From positions 1 through 27,898 of the forward strand of contig JAYUGC010000119.1 in assembly GCA_043767805.1 (NCBI GenBank): a DNA stretch of 27,898 bases. Direction: 5' to 3'. This stretch comes from Pseudomonadota bacterium (GTDB lineage: Bacteria; Bdellovibrionota; FAC87; UBA2466). Position numbers and translations under genes: made by a program. Each line of letters starts with the position of its first letter. The first letter of the stretch is position 1. Shown here in pieces: positions 26,019-27,898 of the stretch. The notes under the pieces were generated by a model. That model had not been told where the DNA came from. It made no database searches and saw nothing but the letters and a program-made list of their open reading frames with translations.

Positions 26019-26795
26019 ATGAAACTATCAGTAGTCATGCCAGCCCACAACGAAGAAGGCACTCTTCGGCCTACGTTGCGCGCGCTTCATTCGACCCTCC
26101 AGGCAGAGCGCATTCCCCACGAGCTCTTGGTCGTCAACGATAACTCCACCGACGGTACGGCCCAAGTCCTGAGCCAGCTGGAGAAAGAAATTCCCGCGCT
26201 TAAGTATTTTTCGCGCGACTCGCGTCCGGGATTTGGCAACGCCGTCCGCGCGGGGCTCGAAAGGTTTCAAGGCGAGGTCGTCGTCATTTGCATGGCCGAC
26301 GGATCCGACAGTCCCGCCGATGTCGTTCGGTACTATCGCACGATGCTCAAGGATCAGGTGGACTGCGTTTTCGGTTCCCGTTTCATGCCGGGCGCGAAAG
26401 TCGTCGATTATCCGCCGGTGAAGCTTCTCTTGAATCGTATCGCCAATAAGATCATCCAGATTCTCTTCGGGCTTCGCTACAACGACGTGACGAATGCTTT
26501 CAAAATGTTCCGCCGCCCCGTCATCGAAGGCGTGCAGCCGCTCCTCAGCCATCACTTCAATCTGACGGTCGAGATCCCGCTCAAAGCGATCGTGCGCGGC
26601 TTCAACTACTCCGTGGTGCCAAGCGACTGGGCTCAGCGCAAGTCCGGGGAGTCGAAGCTCAAGATCAAGGAAATGGGATCTCGGTATCTCTTCATCATTC
26701 TCTACTGCTTCATCGAGAAGTGGCTTTCGCGGGGCGACTACCGCCGTGAGACCGAGGCTAGAACGAAGCGCCCGCAAGCGCGGAAGGCAATCTAA
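26019..26795 (+). CDS. GT2 glycosyltransferase (DPM1/polyprenol-phosphate glycosyltransferase-like)
   Basis: LSVVMPAHNEE, VVNDNSTDGT, GFGNAVRAG, MADGSD, VFGSRF, R..GESK. Confidence 0.9.
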   Translation: MKLSVVMPAHNEEGTLRPTLRALHSTLQAERIPHELLVVNDNSTDGTAQVLSQLEKEIPALKYFSRDSRPGFGNAVRAGLERFQGEVVVICMADGSDSPADVVRYYRTMLKDQVDCVFGSRFMPGAKVVDYPPVKLLLNRIANKIIQILFGLRYNDVTNAFKMFRRPVIEGVQPLLSHHFNLTVEIPLKAIVRGFNYSVVPSDWAQRKSGESKLKIKEMGSRYLFIILYCFIEKWLSRGDYRRETEARTKRPQARKAI

Positions 26796-27898
26796 TGGGC
26801 CTTCCCCTTCCCCTGCCGGAATTTCCCTCTTCGCAAACGCCAACGGTCACACCCACCGGGCTCCAGCGCCTGGCGCGTCGTTTTGAGTTCCCGAACGTCA
26901 CCGAGACTTTACTCTGGGCGACGCTTTCGCTCACTCTCGTCCCCCTCTCCTTCGTCGGCCGTTTTTGGTTCTGGGCGAATGCCCTCCTCGAGCCGCATCC
27001 CATCCGTCAGACACAAACCGCGCTCACCGTGCTTCACATGCACCTCGGAAACGCGGGTCTATTCGACTACCGGTCCCCTCTGAGAGGCGCTCTCTGGAAT
27101 TTCGTATTCGAATTTCCCCTTTACCAGTGGCTGGCGGCGCGGCTCATGGACTTAGGCGTCGGTCTCGAAACGTCCGTCCGTTCCGTTTCGATGGTTTTCT
27201 TTCTCGCCTCGGGAATCGGGCTCGTCGTTTTTGTGAAGCGCTTTCTGGGAAAGCGCGTCGCCGCTTGGACGGGACTCTTTTGGCTCATCAGCCCCCTTAC
27301 CGTTGTCTTTTCGCGCGCGGGTCTCATCGAATTTTTGACCGTGTTTCTTTCCCTCACCTCCTTCGGTCTTTTCCTCGAGGTCGCCCTGGGGAAACGCAAA
27401 CTCGATGGACGTAGCTGGAGCCTGCTCACGACTCTCGGGCTTTTGGCGGCGATCACGAAAGTCACCATTTGGTTTGCTCCTGGACTGCTCCAAGGAGCCT
27501 TGCTGCTCCATTGCGCACTGATGGCGCGCCGGGTATCCAAACGAGATTTGGCTTTGGGCGCAAGTCTCGTCCTTCAAGGACTAGCGGCTCTGTTTTGGAT
27601 GCGCTGGGCGAACCACCTTCGCCAAGAATCCGGCGTTTTGACGACGGAATCCTGGATCTTCGGTACTCTCGCCCAGCGAATGCAATGGTCGAGCTGGAAG
27701 GACCTCTTCTCTACCATCCAGAATATTTTCCAGGCCTGGATGCTGATTCCTTTTGCCCTGGCTTTCTTTAAGGTGACCAAGGAGAAACTCCCTTGGCTCG
27801 CAGGCCTCACCTTCTTGGCCGTTTTCCCGATGCTAGTCACCTTCAACGTGCACTGCAGACACGATTACTATTTCGTCGGGGAAGTGGCTTACTACCTC
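26795..27898 (+). CDS. ArnT/PMT-like (GT-C) membrane glycosyltransferase, 3'-truncated
   Basis: My translation from ATG 26795 (TAATG overlap with the GT2 stop): MGLPLPLPEF...EPHPIRQTQTALTV...FEFPLYQWLAA, then multiple hydrophobic segments. I saw no stop before the window end, which would explain its absence from the ORF track. Confidence 0.75.
   Translation, partial: MGLPLPLPEFPSSQTPTVTPTGLQRLARRFEFPNVTETLLWATLSLTLVPLSFVGRFWFWANALLEPHPIRQTQTALTVLHMHLGNAGLFDYRSPLRGALWNFVFEFPLYQWLAARLMDLGVGLETSVRSVSMVFFLASGIGLVVFVKRFLGKRVAAWTGLFWLISPLTVVFSRAGLIEFLTVFLSLTSFGLFLEVALGKRKLDGRSWSLLTTLGLLAAITKVTIWFAPGLLQGALLLHCALMARRVSKRDLALGASLVLQGLAALFWMRWANHLRQESGVLTTESWIFGTLAQRMQWSSWKDLFSTIQNIFQAWMLIPFALAFFKVTKEKLPWLAGLTFLAVFPMLVTFNVHCRHDYYFVGEVAYYL

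Noticed and set aside
1..27898. Defence system, prophage, IS element, CRISPR array, tRNA or known riboswitch
   Set aside because: By eye I found no integrase, transposase, nuclease, reverse transcriptase, regularly spaced repeats, cloverleaf or riboswitch consensus; an Infernal/Rfam scan would be needed to exclude small RNAs.

Overview
GC-rich bacterial chromosomal window with about 30 genes. I see no rRNA, tRNA, CRISPR array or mobile element. Gene content and protein style suggest a Bdellovibrionota/Oligoflexia-like or related deltaproteobacterial lineage (inference only). In order: dppBCDF peptide ABC transporter, a Nudix hydrolase, a secreted DUF1036-like protein, an RDD-trypsin fusion protease, a signal-peptide-bearing cyanophycinase, a secreted protein of 10 Ig-like (ASH/choice-of-anchor-D-type) repeats, an RRM + DEAD-box helicase pair, a SAM methyltransferase, a cluster of small general-stress-type genes (Fet4-like permease, GlsB/YeaQ/YmgE, hemerythrin, ElaB-like, lipoproteins), a GT-A-like protein, a porin, a DUF885 protein, an exported isoamylase, and a GT2 + GT-C pair running off the end. 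The most notable signal is non-coding. Seven exact GG-N8-TTGCA sigma54-type (-24/-12) motifs each lie just upstream of a gene in the correct orientation, five of them within the 3 kb stress cluster. Candidate enhancer palindromes lie near several of them, suggesting a sigma54-driven general-stress regulon.
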